Shown: piece after piece, positions 36,268 through 49,281 of the stretch
Numbering within the stretch: position 1 is the first letter of the stretch
How the letters are laid out: every line of letters starts with the position of its first letter
From: Leidyana gryllorum EB-2025a
Taxonomy: Eukaryota; Protista; Apicomplexa
Assembly (NCBI GenBank): GCA_048772705.1
Contig: JBLWGC010000041.1
Span: 101,360 to 165,359 of the forward strand
Length of the DNA: 64,000 nt
Reading direction: 5' to 3'
Made by a program: the position numbers and the translations under genes
Notes under the pieces: generated by a model
The model's database searches: none
What the model was told of the DNA's origin: nothing
What the model saw: only the letters and a program-made list of their open reading frames with translations

Positions 36268-38218
36268 ATGGCATCAGGATGTGCGGTTCTAACCCGCCCG
36301 CTACTGGAGGACACCACTGAGTTCGTCCAAGAAACTGATGAACCTCCGATACCGTCTGCTTTAGGAGCGGAAGGCTTCTGGTTCCTTAATGATGCTGTCA
36401 AAGGCAAGTTCTTCTATCCCTACAATGGAGATTGGTTGGCTAAACCTGTTGACTTCAAGAATTCTCTTGGCCTGAACCCCTCCCCTACCTCTATTCCACA
36501 TGGCATGGGTCTCAGAAATCGATCCAACGCCTGCTTCCTCAACTCTGTCATTCAATCTCTGACTTATTGTCCACCCATTTATCACGATTGCCGAGCCAGT
36601 CGACACAGCAGAAAATGCACGCGTGCGGCTAACAAGCTGGACTGCGGCTTTTGTAGCTTCGAGAGTCATGTCAAAAAGGCCACTTCCCAACGAAAGGGAA
36701 CTCTCAATATCCCCTTCTATGACAAGCTAAAGAAGGAAAGTATGAAACAGATGGGAGTCACTATCGATGATCAACAGTGCGCTCATGAGTTTTTCAGCCT
36801 GTTTCTCGATTGGCTCAGACGGTACGACGTTCCACGCCAACTCGAAGCCGCCTTCATCAAACACGCATTGAAACCGTCCCAACTACTGACCACATATCTC
36901 GGTCAAATCTTCGGCTCCGTCATTGAACACCGACGAACATGCATGGTAAGCTTCACTCGAGCCGCTACCATTTTTTGAAGTGGTACTCTCCGCTGCACAC
37001 GTGTTTGCCCTCACCGTATCACCCCTTTCGTCTGCTCTGGAGTGCAATAAATATGTTTTTCTCTTCAGGGTTGCAAGGATCAGACTGTGCGATATGAGCC
37101 ATACACCGATCATGTGCTCAGTATTCAAAAGTCGAAAGGCATCAGTGATGCCTTCCGCTCGTATTTCAGTTCAGAGCTGCTCGAAGGTAGCAATGCGACA
37201 GAGTAAGTGATATGCTTGGAGCGTGCTTTGCAAATCTATTCCAATCCGCAGCTGTGATGCCTGTAAGAGCAAGCAGGCCAAGTTGTGGGAAAGGCGTTTA
37301 GCGCTGCCCCCAAACGTTCTAGTGCTCACCGTTCGCCGTACTGTGTGGTCACAGGGTGGGCATATCCACAAGGACAAACGGGTTCTACAGATCCCCTTAC
37401 ACTTTGACATAAGTCCTTATTTGAAGGGAAAGAATAGTCCTGATTTGGGCTACTCCAATATTCCTAACGAGTATAGGCTGTTCGCCACGATAGTGCATCA
37501 AGGAGGAGGTTGTGGAGGTCACTACTATGCCATCTGCCGGGCCACTGATGGGAGCTTCTATCGGTATGACGATGAGTATGTGACTCAAGTTCGGCCAGCC
37601 GATCTGGCTACTGAGTTAGGTCGAGGTTACATTTTCTTCTACGAGCGGTTAGGAGGCTCGGTGCCAAAGCCATCGAGTACCTCACAACCGACGTCCTTGG
37701 CATGGCAAGTGGCGTGCAAGGAGGAGAGCACGAACCCCCTTGGGTTGGCAGCCTTTTTAAACAAGATGCCGCCAGCTGGAGGTCCACCTCATAATCTCGA
37801 AATCCACGGCGAGGTGGACTCTGATGCGCCAACACAGACCCCATCTTCGTGTTCTACAGCGTCCTCAGTTGTGTGTGATAGTCCCACTCAGCAGAAGGGC
37901 GCCGATTTTTCAGGTCACACGGCGCCACCACGTCGACATCGACACTTAGGATGGCGTCTTAGTCGTCTTAAGAAGTGGTCTCGTAGGCTCCGGGCCCTTC
38001 ATACTGGGAACGACTCGTGTGAGGAAGGTTCATATGACGAGCCACCGACCCTGCTGGCTTCCAGGAACTTTAAGCCGCTTCAAGAAAAGCTCTCTCAGGC
38101 AGCCACGGGACGTCTGGCGCCGGAAGAGTTGGGGCCTGGTTGGAATCGGAGAAATGAAGTTGATCGTGAATATGACAGAGGAAGGTTGAAGAAACGTAGA
38201 GTAATTGACAACAACTGA
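36268..38218 (+). CDS. Ubiquitin-specific protease (C19, USP36/42-like)
   Basis: Cys box GLRNRSNACFLNSVIQ, QQCAHEF, His box VHQG...GHYY..DD, and C-terminal DREYDRGRLKK. Confidence 0.92.
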
Positions 38219-38322
38219 ATCGTGATACATTCGTCATTGTCCCATAAAAACAACAACCGCGCATTTTGGTAATTTATCAACTGGAATCGATCCTTCTCTC
38301 TCTCCTATTGGACCCTGTATAA

Positions 38323-40092
38323 ATGTTGGCTAGTGATATTCAAAAGGCCGTGGACGACTACCTCCAGCAGGAGAAGCAGTCTGATTTTATCGCTGATTGC
38401 AAAGCGGCAACTCCCGAAGTTCTTAATGCCCGTTTCGCGAAGCGTATCAACTTTGGCACTGCTGGTTTACGTGGTGTCATGGCATTCGGGCTCAATGCCA
38501 TGAACTCTGTGACTGTTCGTCACGCCACTCAAGGCCTCTGCCAATACTACATAAATAAGATAGGGGAGGAGGAGATCAAAGGCCGGTGGGTGGTCCTCGG
38601 TTATGATGGTCGACACAACTCTCGCTACTTCGCCCATCTGGCAGCAGCCGTTTTTCTGAGCAAAGGGCTCAAGGTCTCGCTCGCCGCGGTCACCACTGCC
38701 ACTCCACTGAATCCTTACGCCGTCAAGCAGCTGAACGCGGTCTGCGGAATTCAGATAACCGCATCCCACAACCCTAAGGCTGACAACGGATATAAAGTCT
38801 ACGGGTCGAACGGAGCTCAAATTATTCCCCCCATGGACTCTGAAGTCATGGAATTGATCAAAGCTAATGCCTATATCTGGCCACACGTAGACGAGCTGAT
38901 GCGTCATGACCTCAAACAGCTCAACACTGCACATCCTTTGATGGCCAACGTGCACGATAAGATGTATGAGCTCTGGCCTAACTACAAAGCCGATATACTC
39001 TCGAGCCTGTCCATCAACTCCCTCCGCTCAGCATCTCTCAGTGTGGTATACACTGCGATGCATGGGGTTGGGTACCCCTTCGTCAGCGACATTCTGCGCA
39101 CTGCCGAGTTCCCTATGGAAAGATTCCATGTGGTTCCCCAGCAACGTGACGCGGATCCCGACTTCACCACTGTCAAGTTCCCCAACCCCGAGGAGAAAGG
39201 AGCCATGGACGCCGCTATCGAAATGGCCACCGCAGAGAACGTCAATGTGATCATCAGCAACGACCCCGACGCTGATCGCTTCGCCTGCTGTGAGCGACTG
39301 ACTGACGGCACCTGGCGCCAATTCACTGGTGACGAGCTTGGAAGCATATTTGGTGCCATCGCCTTTGAGTCTGCCAAGAGAAAGGGCATTCCGACTGACA
39401 AAATGGCGTTCATTTGCTCCGCCGTATCATCCCGCTTCCTCAGCAGATTGTGCTCTGTTGAGGGTGCCAACTTTTATGAAACCATGACCGGATTCAAGTG
39501 GATGATGAACAAGGCTGTGGAGCTTGAGGAGAAGGGCCTCACTACCGTTTTCTGTTACGAGGAAGCTCTGGGCTATGGACTGTCGATGGCCGTTCCGGAC
39601 AAAGACGGTGTCAGTGCTGCAGTGGCTTGGGTACAGAAGGCGGCCGAAATGGCATCCTGCGGTCAAAATATGCACGACTTCTTGGATGAACTGTGCCAGA
39701 AGTACGGATACTTCGCAACACAGAACTCCTACTATGTCTGCCACGACCCGTCCATCATGCTCGACATCTTCCAGACCTTCCGCAAGGATGGCTATCCCAC
39801 CCATATCGGAGAGTACGAAGTCAGCCGAATTCGTGACTTGTCTCAAGACTATGATTCTGGATCAGCTAACAAGCAGTGCGACTTCCCCAAATCCAAGGAT
39901 GACATGCTTACTATATACTTCAAGAACGGAGCTCATCTAACCCTGAGAGGTTCCGGCACTGAACCTAAGCTCAAGTATTACTCGGAAATGTCACACGCTT
40001 CCAGCAAGACGGAAGCTGCAGCTGAGCTACAGAAGGTTGTGGCAGCGGTTCAGGCCCACCTGATCGGAGACCGTCCCCTCAAACACGCGTGA
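38323..40092 (+). CDS. PGM2: Phosphoglucomutase-2 / phosphopentomutase
   Basis: FGTAGLRG, TASHNP, DPDADR, YEEALG and RGSGTEPKLKYY motifs. Confidence 0.95.
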   Translation: MLASDIQKAVDDYLQQEKQSDFIADCKAATPEVLNARFAKRINFGTAGLRGVMAFGLNAMNSVTVRHATQGLCQYYINKIGEEEIKGRWVVLGYDGRHNSRYFAHLAAAVFLSKGLKVSLAAVTTATPLNPYAVKQLNAVCGIQITASHNPKADNGYKVYGSNGAQIIPPMDSEVMELIKANAYIWPHVDELMRHDLKQLNTAHPLMANVHDKMYELWPNYKADILSSLSINSLRSASLSVVYTAMHGVGYPFVSDILRTAEFPMERFHVVPQQRDADPDFTTVKFPNPEEKGAMDAAIEMATAENVNVIISNDPDADRFACCERLTDGTWRQFTGDELGSIFGAIAFESAKRKGIPTDKMAFICSAVSSRFLSRLCSVEGANFYETMTGFKWMMNKAVELEEKGLTTVFCYEEALGYGLSMAVPDKDGVSAAVAWVQKAAEMASCGQNMHDFLDELCQKYGYFATQNSYYVCHDPSIMLDIFQTFRKDGYPTHIGEYEVSRIRDLSQDYDSGSANKQCDFPKSKDDMLTIYFKNGAHLTLRGSGTEPKLKYYSEMSHASSKTEAAAELQKVVAAVQAHLIGDRPLKHA

Positions 40093-40141
40093 ACACACAC
40101 AATGGACCAATTATGCTACATGATTTTTCGGTGACAAAAAA

Positions 40142-41272
40142 ATGCTTTTGCTGAGACCAAATAGGAATCGCGTAGGCCAATTGACTATAAGAAAGCTCCC
40201 CGAGCTCCAATCCATTGTCCCAAGCACCCTCCGGTCAACTCAACATATATACCATGGCATCAGCGTCGTGCGCCCCAGCAGATGCGCCTCTTCGAATCGC
40301 AGACGGTCGGAAGGACTGGAGTCCGAGCCCAAAGACACGCCGTCGTTCGCTGATCAGACTCCTAGACGTCGAAAGGTGAACTGGCGGGAGGACATCAAAG
40401 TAATGCTGACAGTTCTGGCGCTGTTGGCTGGAATTGGAGCTCTTATCGAGGCTGAGCATGTGAAGGTGATGCTCCAGGGCCGGATTGATCAGATCAAGGA
40501 CCGCCTCATTCGGAGAAATGATATACGAGACATTGGATTGCGCTGGCTACAAGAAATGGTCACGGATCCGGTGACAAAGGCCAAGGTTGATGCACTCATC
40601 CAGCAGCTCTTGACGCAGCACATTGGCACCATCCGAGATGGCTTGGTGAACGGGCTAATGCAAGATCAAGTATTTGTCGACGCCGTGGTTGAGTGGTCAA
40701 AAGAACAGGCTGTGTAAGTCCGTTGTCATTCACATGAAATTGCAACTCTGTTCTCCTTGTAGCGCCGTATGTCAAGATTCTGAGACAGTCAAGGCGATGA
40801 CTCAACTAATGCAGGAGGCCATCGAAAGGTAAAGCGCATAGTTCTTCCCTTGTCACCCACATTGGCACAATTTGTCCTCTACAGACCCGAAACATTGCGA
40901 TCAGCACAAGACGTCATCGAGAATCTAACCCGGAGTCCAGAGACCGAGCGTCTTGTCAGGGACTTTGTGGTCCGCACGGCCAGTGACAGCACGGTGCAGA
41001 ACGAGCTGGCGAAGGCGGGCCGCGGAACCTTGGAGTCGTTGGCAAATGATCAGCATATTCAGGAGGCCTTATCTTCATCACTGTGGAATATCACGCGCAA
41101 GGCTTTGGTGCCTCGATGGTTAGCGGGCCCGCCAGAGAGTGAAGCGACAGTGACGGCTGTGCAGAAGTTGAAGAGGAGAAGTCGCGAAGTGACTGGGAAG
41201 AGTCAAGGATCTAGCCTCATTGCCACGCCAGTAGCCTCCTACGAGCAAGCAAACAACAGCAGTGTTGGTTGA
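40142..41272 (+). CDS. Hypothetical single-TM protein, probably mitochondrial, 3 exons
   Basis: Basic presequence-like N-terminus, one TM segment, helical body; GTAAG introns. Confidence 0.6.
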
Positions 41273-41279
41273 GTTGATC

Positions 41280-42771
41280 TCTATACCCACCAATCCGATA
41301 ACGAGTCCTTTATAAACTTGACGGAAGGAGCATCTATTCTTGATACTATGTTCCCGAATGCATTGTGCCAACTGAGGTGCCTCATACCACATTGAAAAGA
41401 ATCACGACGAAGCCTACCGAAGGAGTGAGTTCGACTTCCCATACATCAAGGAGACTTTTGAAATGATATTGCGAGATCCAACCATTGGCGTATCCCATTG
41501 CGACATTCTTCACAAATTGACAATCCTATCAGTTGTCGTGTTTGTTTATCGCAGGCCGCAATGATAACTCACCTTTGTTGTTGGCACCTTCGGGAACGGT
41601 AACCGGTATGTGAGGACATCGCGGAGTTTGACTCTCGTTTCGTCGTTGGGTAGACCGGTGAGTTCACCTCTGGGCTGGCTAGCGAGATCCGCCATCGAAT
41701 CCTCAGATGACGTCGATGAAGAGGACGTGTTGATCCGAGCACCACAACACCCGTGACAAGGCACGATTGAGACTGGTCGGTCTCTCCGAGGACGGAGAGC
41801 TCGAGCGCGAGGGTGCGGGGTGAGATGTTCATCTCGCATATCACGGACAGCAGCACAGAGTATTTTCTGCAACGACAATTTACGCTCGTTTGACAACAAC
41901 TCCTGTAATCGATGGCTGTGCTGTACCCCCGTTGTGGTGACGATGGAACTGTAGAGCTCTCGCAAGTCCATCTTATTCTCCGAGTACATGTCCCAATATT
42001 GTGTGATTACTTTGACGGTGGCGGGTGTGATCTTGAACTGTGGGCAATTAGACATGGATGGTCAGTGTGCGAGGCGCTTACGTCGTGCGGACCTCCACAG
42101 AAGTCGCCGGATTGATTGTCAAGTGGTTCTTTCACGGTGGACGGCACCACAACCACCTGACCACTTGTTGGTGGTTCGGGTGGCAGTTCTCTGAAGGGAA
42201 TCCCGGAGGCTTTCTCTAGCACATTCTGGATCAAGACTCACAGAAGACTGTCTACATCCACCTCCTCTTGCGTATAAGGAGCTTGAGTTCCCGCCAGGTC
42301 TCGAAGTCGCTCTAAACTGACCCAGTTGTCGTCTTTCCAATCTAACATATCACAGATGAAGTACATGAAGTCTGATCGGGCGTTGATCCCCATTTGGCGC
42401 AGTACCCGACAGAGGCGGGAGGCGGGAACTTCGCAAAAGGTGTCAGGAGCGTAGACGAGACTTAGATTCTCAAAGAGGGAGCGCATGAATGCTTTTCTGT
42501 CTCTTTCGAACAGTTCTTTCCAGTACTCTGCTACCTTTGTGTCCAACCCAGAGCCCAGCAAACGTGGTGGGCGGTAATACCGAGACTCGTTGAGTTGAGC
42601 CTCGCGTGTTTGATCGGGGTCAATAAGGCGGTCATGGGTGAGGGGGTCGAGGGGAAGACTTCTGGCAAGATGGTATGATAGTTTCTGCTCTCGGCTGGCA
42701 GGTGGCTGTGGTGAGTTAGAAAGCTGAAGTCCCCCACTCGGACTGATGGGAATGGAACTAGAAGAGGACAT
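41280..42771 (-). CDS. Multi-exon hypothetical protein with degenerate EF-hand-like motifs
   Basis: LDWKDDNWVSLERL and WDMYSENKMDLREL; 3' end unresolved. Confidence 0.5.
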
Positions 42772-42810
42772 TGTCGAGGTGCACTCAGCACCAGTCCATG
42801 TAAAAAAGTC

Positions 42811-43716
42811 ATGTTACTACTGTTGGGCGCGATTGTGGTGGCGGTTGTAAGAGCCCAGACGGCTCGGCCTGTCACTTACGGCTCTGTTATACAGCTGGAG
42901 CATAAACATACGTCGCATAACCTCTTCAGCTTGACTAATTACCAATTGAGTCGAGCAGGCCAGCTTGTGGTGAGGAATCGTTGTGTCCGATGAGGCTACA
43001 CTCTTGGTGCTTCCGGTAGAGTGCTGCGCCCAAGGGGTCTCAGCGTGATGACTTTGAGGCTACGGGATGGATAGTTCGTACTCCAGGGCCTCGTCTGGCT
43101 TCTGCGTTGCTAACTGATACTGATCTCCCGTGGTTTTCGAGTGCAAGTCAAGCAGACAAGTCGGGTCATGCAGCCTTCAGTACTAAAGATACCGGGTCTC
43201 CAGTCAAATGTGGAGACATCGTTCGGCTGGAACACATAGAGAGCGGAATGCTGTTGAAAGCCGGTGATGGAGACGCCAGACTCAGCGGCAACTACGAAGT
43301 CGTTGGGGTTTCCACGAGCGGCCCAGGGGTGTACTTTGAGGTCGTGTGCCCAAAGGGGCAGACGGGGGATGCCTGGCTTACGAGGCAGGATGTGGCTTTT
43401 AAAAATGTCAAGCTCGAGAACTTTCTGTCTACCAGTGCTAACTTTCAGTGAGTTAAGGGATTGGGCTCCAACGCTAATCCCTCCAGGTATACTGAGCGGA
43501 ATTGTTTCCGATGCCCTGTGTTGTCACACAGTGAAGTAATGGTGCTGCGGCGGCCACGCCAAAAGCCCGGCAGTGATCAAATCTGGAGAGCGAAATCGGT
43601 AAGGAGGGTACAGCACTTTCGGGCAGTTGGATTCACAATCGCAGATCGTCCGACTTTCGCTGACCGAAGATGACGATGAGGACGAAGTACACGACGGAAC
43701 GCATGATGAATTATAG
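42811..43716 (+). CDS. SDF2-like MIR-domain ER protein with HDEL
   Basis: Signal peptide, VTYGSVIQLEH, VKCGDIVRLEH, and C-terminal DGTHDEL*. Confidence 0.88.
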
Positions 43717-43717
43717 T

Positions 43718-44383
43718 CTAAGCTATGATCTTCTCGAGCGCTTTGACGGACTCCTCGGGCTTGCGACCTTTTTTCTGCTTCTTCCACTCCTCAATCTTCC
43801 TGAGAGTTTCCTTCTTGCTGGCGGCCTTCTGCTTCTGAGCAGCCGCCTTGGCAGCCTTGGCGAACTTGCGTTGCACCTTCTTGTTCTTTCTCTCCTCCAC
43901 AGCCGCTATTCTGGTCGTCTGAAGGGACAACTTTGCCTGCAAACGTTTCATGTGCTCGTCAGACTTGATCATTTCCACATAATAGTCTGTCGGCCGCACA
44001 TATTTGACGCCCAAGTATTTGAACTTGCGCAGACCCTCCTTGGTCATCTCCAACGCCATATCGAAGCTGCCACATAATCAATGAATACGAACATTGTCAA
44101 GACAACCTACAAGGCATTCTCCCGGGCTACATCCGCTGAAGGGTCCACCTCCTCCGAGAGTTTTATATGGGGAGCCCCCAAAATGTCTAAACGCTCCAAC
44201 CACGGCACCCGCTCAGCTTTTTGAGGAATGGGGTACTCAATCCCCTTCTGTACCCTGGCCAACCCATTCAGGTCCAGAACTACGAAAGCTTTCTTTGAGG
44301 TGCCATGCAATCAATCACTCACTGACAGCCTGATCCTCCGTTGCCAGTAAAGGGTCGTAGACCGCACCCTCAGAGTCGCTCAT
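43718..44383 (-). CDS. EBP2: rRNA-processing protein EBP2
   Basis: PWLERLD, DVARE, RPTDYYVEMIKSDEHM and RKFAK motifs; 2 introns. Confidence 0.9.
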
Positions 44384-44423
44384 CCTACCTCAACCCAAAA
44401 AATTTTATAAGTACGAGAGCAGA

Positions 44424-45714
44424 ATGGGAGTCAATGTGTACAGCATTTCTGTTCGTTATCAACTCTCAGTTGACAACGGGTGGACAACAGTACTCTTGGG
44501 AGGACATATTGCCATGTGCTCATTCAATCAGTTAGTCCCATGCGGCGGCGGCATTCTGATCTGGGCACATTTGATCAACCCTTGGATCACACCCAATGGT
44601 TCACGATACCAAAGTAGATTCTTGTGGTATGGCACCATAGGCGTCCAGTTGCCTCCCGCCCCCAATTAACCCAACACATAGCACAAACTTCTCTTATTGT
44701 CTGAGGCCACACCCCGAAATGTGATGGGGTTCCCCACCATTGCCTAGCACCAGGCGTGATTTAAGCTTGTTGTCAACGCTTCGCACTTCAGAGACGTGTA
44801 GGGCTATCGAACGTGTGTGCTGGGCGGTTTTTCGGCGAAGGGCCGATGACTTCAGAGCGATTTCTTGCTACTCGGAACTTGAAGCGACGCGTCAAAGCAG
44901 CGGCACTATCTTCTTTGCCTCGGAAGTTTGATCCATCCGATCCAGAGCTGGTGTCATTATATGTAGACTCAATCATACGTGCTATTCTCAAAGGCCGGAT
45001 AAATGAGTTTGTATTCGGCCATGAAATGGATGACTACCAACGCCAGCAAATAGTTGATGCCGCTAAAGCCAAAGGGCTGAGTGCCGAGACCGTTGACCCT
45101 ATGTCATCCTCTGTTCGCATTTATATTCCTCCGAACTCTCGGCTAGCTAGTATATTCGCATTTAAGCACGATCGCGAGCGTGCACAGCTCACTATACCTC
45201 TGGAGGATGACCAAGAGTTGATTACCTTAGCGGCAATGGCTTTCAGAATGGGTTTAGTATGCGTGCCGGCACCACTTGAAGATGTAAGAATGCACATACT
45301 ATCCGATCACGGCCAACACTCCCGGTTGTACGCGGTTAATCGTTGTCCTGTCAGTCTGCCACCGGCATTCAAGCTATTTGCTGCAAGAGCCCGGAAGAGT
45401 GGTCCGTACGACGTCCCTCTCTCGCCGGCGAAGATGATTTACTGCTGACCGGAACGCCACAAGTCCCTACTCGCCGCGAAAGCTGGCATACTCGCAAGGA
45501 TAGCTGGCAAGTCAATTTGACGGGGCGTCTGGAAGTGCTACCGACCACAGCGTCTAGTCTGGCGGACCTCAAGTATGAGGATACATCGCCTGTCATACGA
45601 CAAGTGCCTGTGTTCCATCCCAGCCTAACAACCCGCTGGAAACGTGCGGTAGCGCGGTTCATGTGGCGCTTCTGCGGGATCTCCACGTCTCTCATAACCA
45701 TAAACTCGTATTGA
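44424..45714 (+). CDS. Multi-exon hypothetical protein, possible degenerate R3H-like domain
   Basis: EFVF..EMDDYQRQQIVDAAKAKGL; 5' exons unresolved. Confidence 0.4.
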
Positions 45715-45753
45715 CTCGCGACTTGAGGTGCAGCACTGAAAGGTGCAGACAGC

Positions 45754-47630
45754 ATGACCAATCAACAAGGTCTGCTGGGCAAGGTTTTGGGATGGGGGTC
45801 GCCTGGTCGACAGCCAGTGGGTCCAATCCGATCAACCACCTCTCAGTGGTCCCCGCCTCAAATCATGGAACTTCCACCGCATATTCGGCAGAAGGCCGCC
45901 ATTCAGTCAAATCAAGATAAACAGCAGCAAGTAGGAACAACGCCGCAACAGCCCCCCCCTTTCCGACCACAAGCCTATTATCCCGCGCCACATATACGTC
46001 AACCCATACTGGGAGGATCCAAAATCGGAACAGTGAGAGGAGACGGCAGCCGCATTACTCGCATTCATACCGACGACTTTCAGTTCTATCAGCCCAACAC
46101 GATGAGTTCTCGGTCGTCTCCTCACATGAACTTCTCTTCTCCTCCAAGCAGTAGTCAATCTCCGCCCACAGTAGTGCAACAAGTCATCTCACCACCTCAA
46201 GCTCAACACCGACAAACGCCACATGTGGTCCCCTCCACGAGTGCTCGGCAATCAGCCACCCCCACCACCGATTCCCTGCCCCATGAGGTGACAATCGGCG
46301 CCCCAAGGATGAGTTTCAACGAATACAAGCAGCGCTTCCATCAGTTGCAGCTCCAACAGCAACAGGTTCGGAACAGCGTATCTCGTGAGCTGATGCCTCA
46401 GGGATTGGACATTCTGACTCAGCTTGCTGACCGAGCGCTCCAAATGCCGCAACCACAACATCAGCAACAACGAAAACACCACCGACAACAGCTTAGCTCT
46501 CAGGTCCCATCGCCGGCACTAATGTCTACTAAGCAAACAGCGGCGCTGCAAGAAGCTGATAGAGCTCCAAGTATGCGAGTGGCGGAACTACCCCCTTCCA
46601 GTAGAAACGTGCAGCCAGAAAGCAAACCAGACACCTCAAGAATTCTATTGCAAAAGGTACACAAATCGGTTTCTGTGGCACACGTGTGTGCAACCACAAT
46701 CCATTGCTCAGGTAACGGAATTGCAAGCATCCATGGAACGCCTATCATCCGAGGTTGACGGCATCAAGAAGGCTGTTCTCGCTCAACCCCAGGAAGGGGC
46801 ACACCCTCCAGCCTGGTTGGAGGAGATCAAGCTAAACATTGCACAGTTGATCAAAGAATTGATCAGGCCACAAGAATCTCATGCTGTGGCACAGCTCGAG
46901 AGCCCTAGTGATCAGCATCTTCAGTCATGGCCAGTTGTTTCCAAGAATCATAGGCTTGATGAAGCTTTCTTGCGAAGTGGCGAAAATTTTGTTTCGGACG
47001 ACTATAGCTCTGAGAGCCTAATCCGGGCATCCAGGAGAGTCGAGGCTGCCCTCCATCGAGTTAGTTCGGGAGGCGAGAGTCTGTGCTATTCGTTGAGTGA
47101 CCAGCGAGAGGGAGCAGAGCCCGGTCAACCGTCTTCGCAAGAATCTTTTGGGTCTATGACAAGGAATGTCTGGCAGACACCGCCAGTTCTGGGTGCCCCT
47201 CGAGCAGCACCACACGGATCGTTATAATGGATGGGTGAACTTTGCTGTTCTTCTGCAGCAAGTTCAGCCAGAGTTGGCCAGTTTGATTTCAACTGATAGG
47301 GACAACGACAACAGCGCGAATGGCCCCATAATAGACACGAGTCGGCTGATGGGTGACCCTGTCAACCCCACCGGAGCTCCAGCTATGATACCACGGGCGT
47401 TCGCTGCTCCATTGGGCTTCTATGTCACCTTGCTACCGGGAGAACAGATACCAAGGCACGAAACACCACGAAGTCCGATTGGTGGTTTTGCCGTGTCGCC
47501 ACCATCAAGTGTTCAAGAGTCGAAAGAAGATTGTCATAAAATTGGCGGATATGAACCAGTTGAGGGTGCACGGCCCAGTAGTACCGTTATAGACACACAA
47601 CGCGTAGTAGCCGCATTAGAGGGGCTGTGA
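45754..47630 (+). CDS. Gln/Pro/Ser-rich multi-exon hypothetical protein with coiled coil
   Basis: Three ORFs joined by GT-AG introns (e.g. 46657-46711); may extend further 3'. Confidence 0.6.
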
Positions 47631-47887
47631 CTGAACGTGGTGATTCGTATTAACAACGTATTGGTTGCTCACAGGAAGCCAAAAGGTTTGATAAAAAGGG
47701 TGATGCACATAGCGAGCCGTCGCCGAGTAACGAATTGATACGAGCCAGCGCCCTGCAGCCGATAAAAATGCCTGGAATCATTGAAGTAGAGAGTGTATCG
47801 GGGTGTGGTGTGCACTTCTCTTGTGATTTCGCTCACCCACCCCTGACGACTGCGATGCAGACAAAGACGTGGAGAACAAAATGCTCC

Positions 47888-49177
47888 TCATGGCGCAGTA
47901 GGAGGGGTGGATTCACCATCACTGCTCCCTTTGGTGGAGTCAGTGGCCTTTTCATTTGCAGGCGACTGCTGTGGGGTGTGGAGAGTCAACAACTGGAGTG
48001 GCGGAGGGGTTGGGAGGGCCGTCGTCGAGCCTGGTGAAGTGTCTGTTGCCAGTGACTGCTGACAATGGTGGAGGAAGAGGTTGACATCTTCTTGGTGGGT
48101 GGCGAAGTGGGTCAAGAGTCTAGCGACTTTGAATCCACGCAGATTTGTGCAGTCCCCCAAGACGGTCTGATAGGCTTCGACAGGGTAGGAATAGAAAGAT
48201 ACGCCACTTTCGGTTAGGAACTCTATGACGCTGGTCGGCATGACGACAAAAATCTCATTAGCTTCAACCGGATACACTAAGGTAAATCCACAGAGGGACA
48301 CCATACCATCAGCAAGACAAGTGGCCATTGCATTGGCGTGACGGGCGCCCTTGATCCAGAGGTCGTCCTCTAAAAGAGCGGTGGCTTGGACCGATAGGAA
48401 GCGACATTTGGATACGAGCTGAGCGGCACGTTTCTGGCGGAGATCAATGCCCGTATTGAGTTTCTTGTCAAAAATGACAATTAGCTCCGACATCAGTGCT
48501 CCGGCCTTGGTGAGCCCCAGTGAAAGGGCGTCAACTCCAGCGCGCCAGGTCAAATCCGCTGGCGAACAATTGAGTTGAGCAATGGCATTCGCAAGTCTTG
48601 CACCATCCATGTGGACTTTGAGACCCAACATGTGAGCTGCATCACACAAAGCCTTCACTTCCTCGCAGGTATAGACAGTTCCCACTTCAGTACAATTCGT
48701 TATGGAGACGACGAGTGGAGGTGAACGGTGGACCGACGACGGGATGGAGTGAACGTGATTTATCAGCAGTTCAGGTGTGATTTTACCTTCCACTGTTGCC
48801 TTGATCGTCCTTATAACCTGACCACCGGTCAGGTACTCGGGAGCTCCACACTCGTCTGTGACAATGTGAGCGACATCAGTGCAACAAACGGCACCAATGT
48901 TCCCATTCAACAATTGCGCTAGCGCGATGCAGTTGGATGCAGTCCCAGTGCAAACAGCGTGACATTCCAGACTCTCATGCTCAAAGACACGTCGGACGTT
49001 GGATACCATTTCTTTGGTATACCGATCGGTTCCGTAGGCAGGACATGTCTCGTCGTTCTGATTGCACTGGGTAATCGCGGTGATTACGGCGGGCATGCAG
49101 CCAGCATTGTTATCCGAAGCGAACGCGAGGGTCCGACGCTTGTATTGGACCTGACGAGCAGATGGAGTGTAAACCAT
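47888..49177 (-). CDS. ltaE: Low-specificity L-threonine aldolase (PLP), intronless, bacterial LtaE-like
   Basis: FASDN, YGTD, TGTASN, AHI..DECGAPE, TEVGTVY, HMDGARLANA, LSLGLTK (PLP Lys) and SK.RF motifs. Confidence 0.93.
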   Translation of the reverse strand: MVYTPSARQVQYKRRTLAFASDNNAGCMPAVITAITQCNQNDETCPAYGTDRYTKEMVSNVRRVFEHESLECHAVCTGTASNCIALAQLLNGNIGAVCCTDVAHIVTDECGAPEYLTGGQVIRTIKATVEGKITPELLINHVHSIPSSVHRSPPLVVSITNCTEVGTVYTCEEVKALCDAAHMLGLKVHMDGARLANAIAQLNCSPADLTWRAGVDALSLGLTKAGALMSELIVIFDKKLNTGIDLRQKRAAQLVSKCRFLSVQATALLEDDLWIKGARHANAMATCLADGMVSLCGFTLVYPVEANEIFVVMPTSVIEFLTESGVSFYSYPVEAYQTVLGDCTNLRGFKVARLLTHFATHQEDVNLFLHHCQQSLATDTSPGSTTALPTPPPLQLLTLHTPQQSPANEKATDSTKGSSDGESTPPTAP

Positions 49178-49281
49178 GGGACAAACAGCAAAAATATTTA
49201 CCCACCATCGACAGAGAATTCGGTTAGTCGGCCCGTTGTCACACACTCATCTGAAAAGCGCACCAGGGTGCGCTCCACCGC

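Noticed and set aside
44424-44800. Possible snoRNA cluster
   Set aside because: No canonical C/D box pair with terminal stem could be supported; may be small coding exons.
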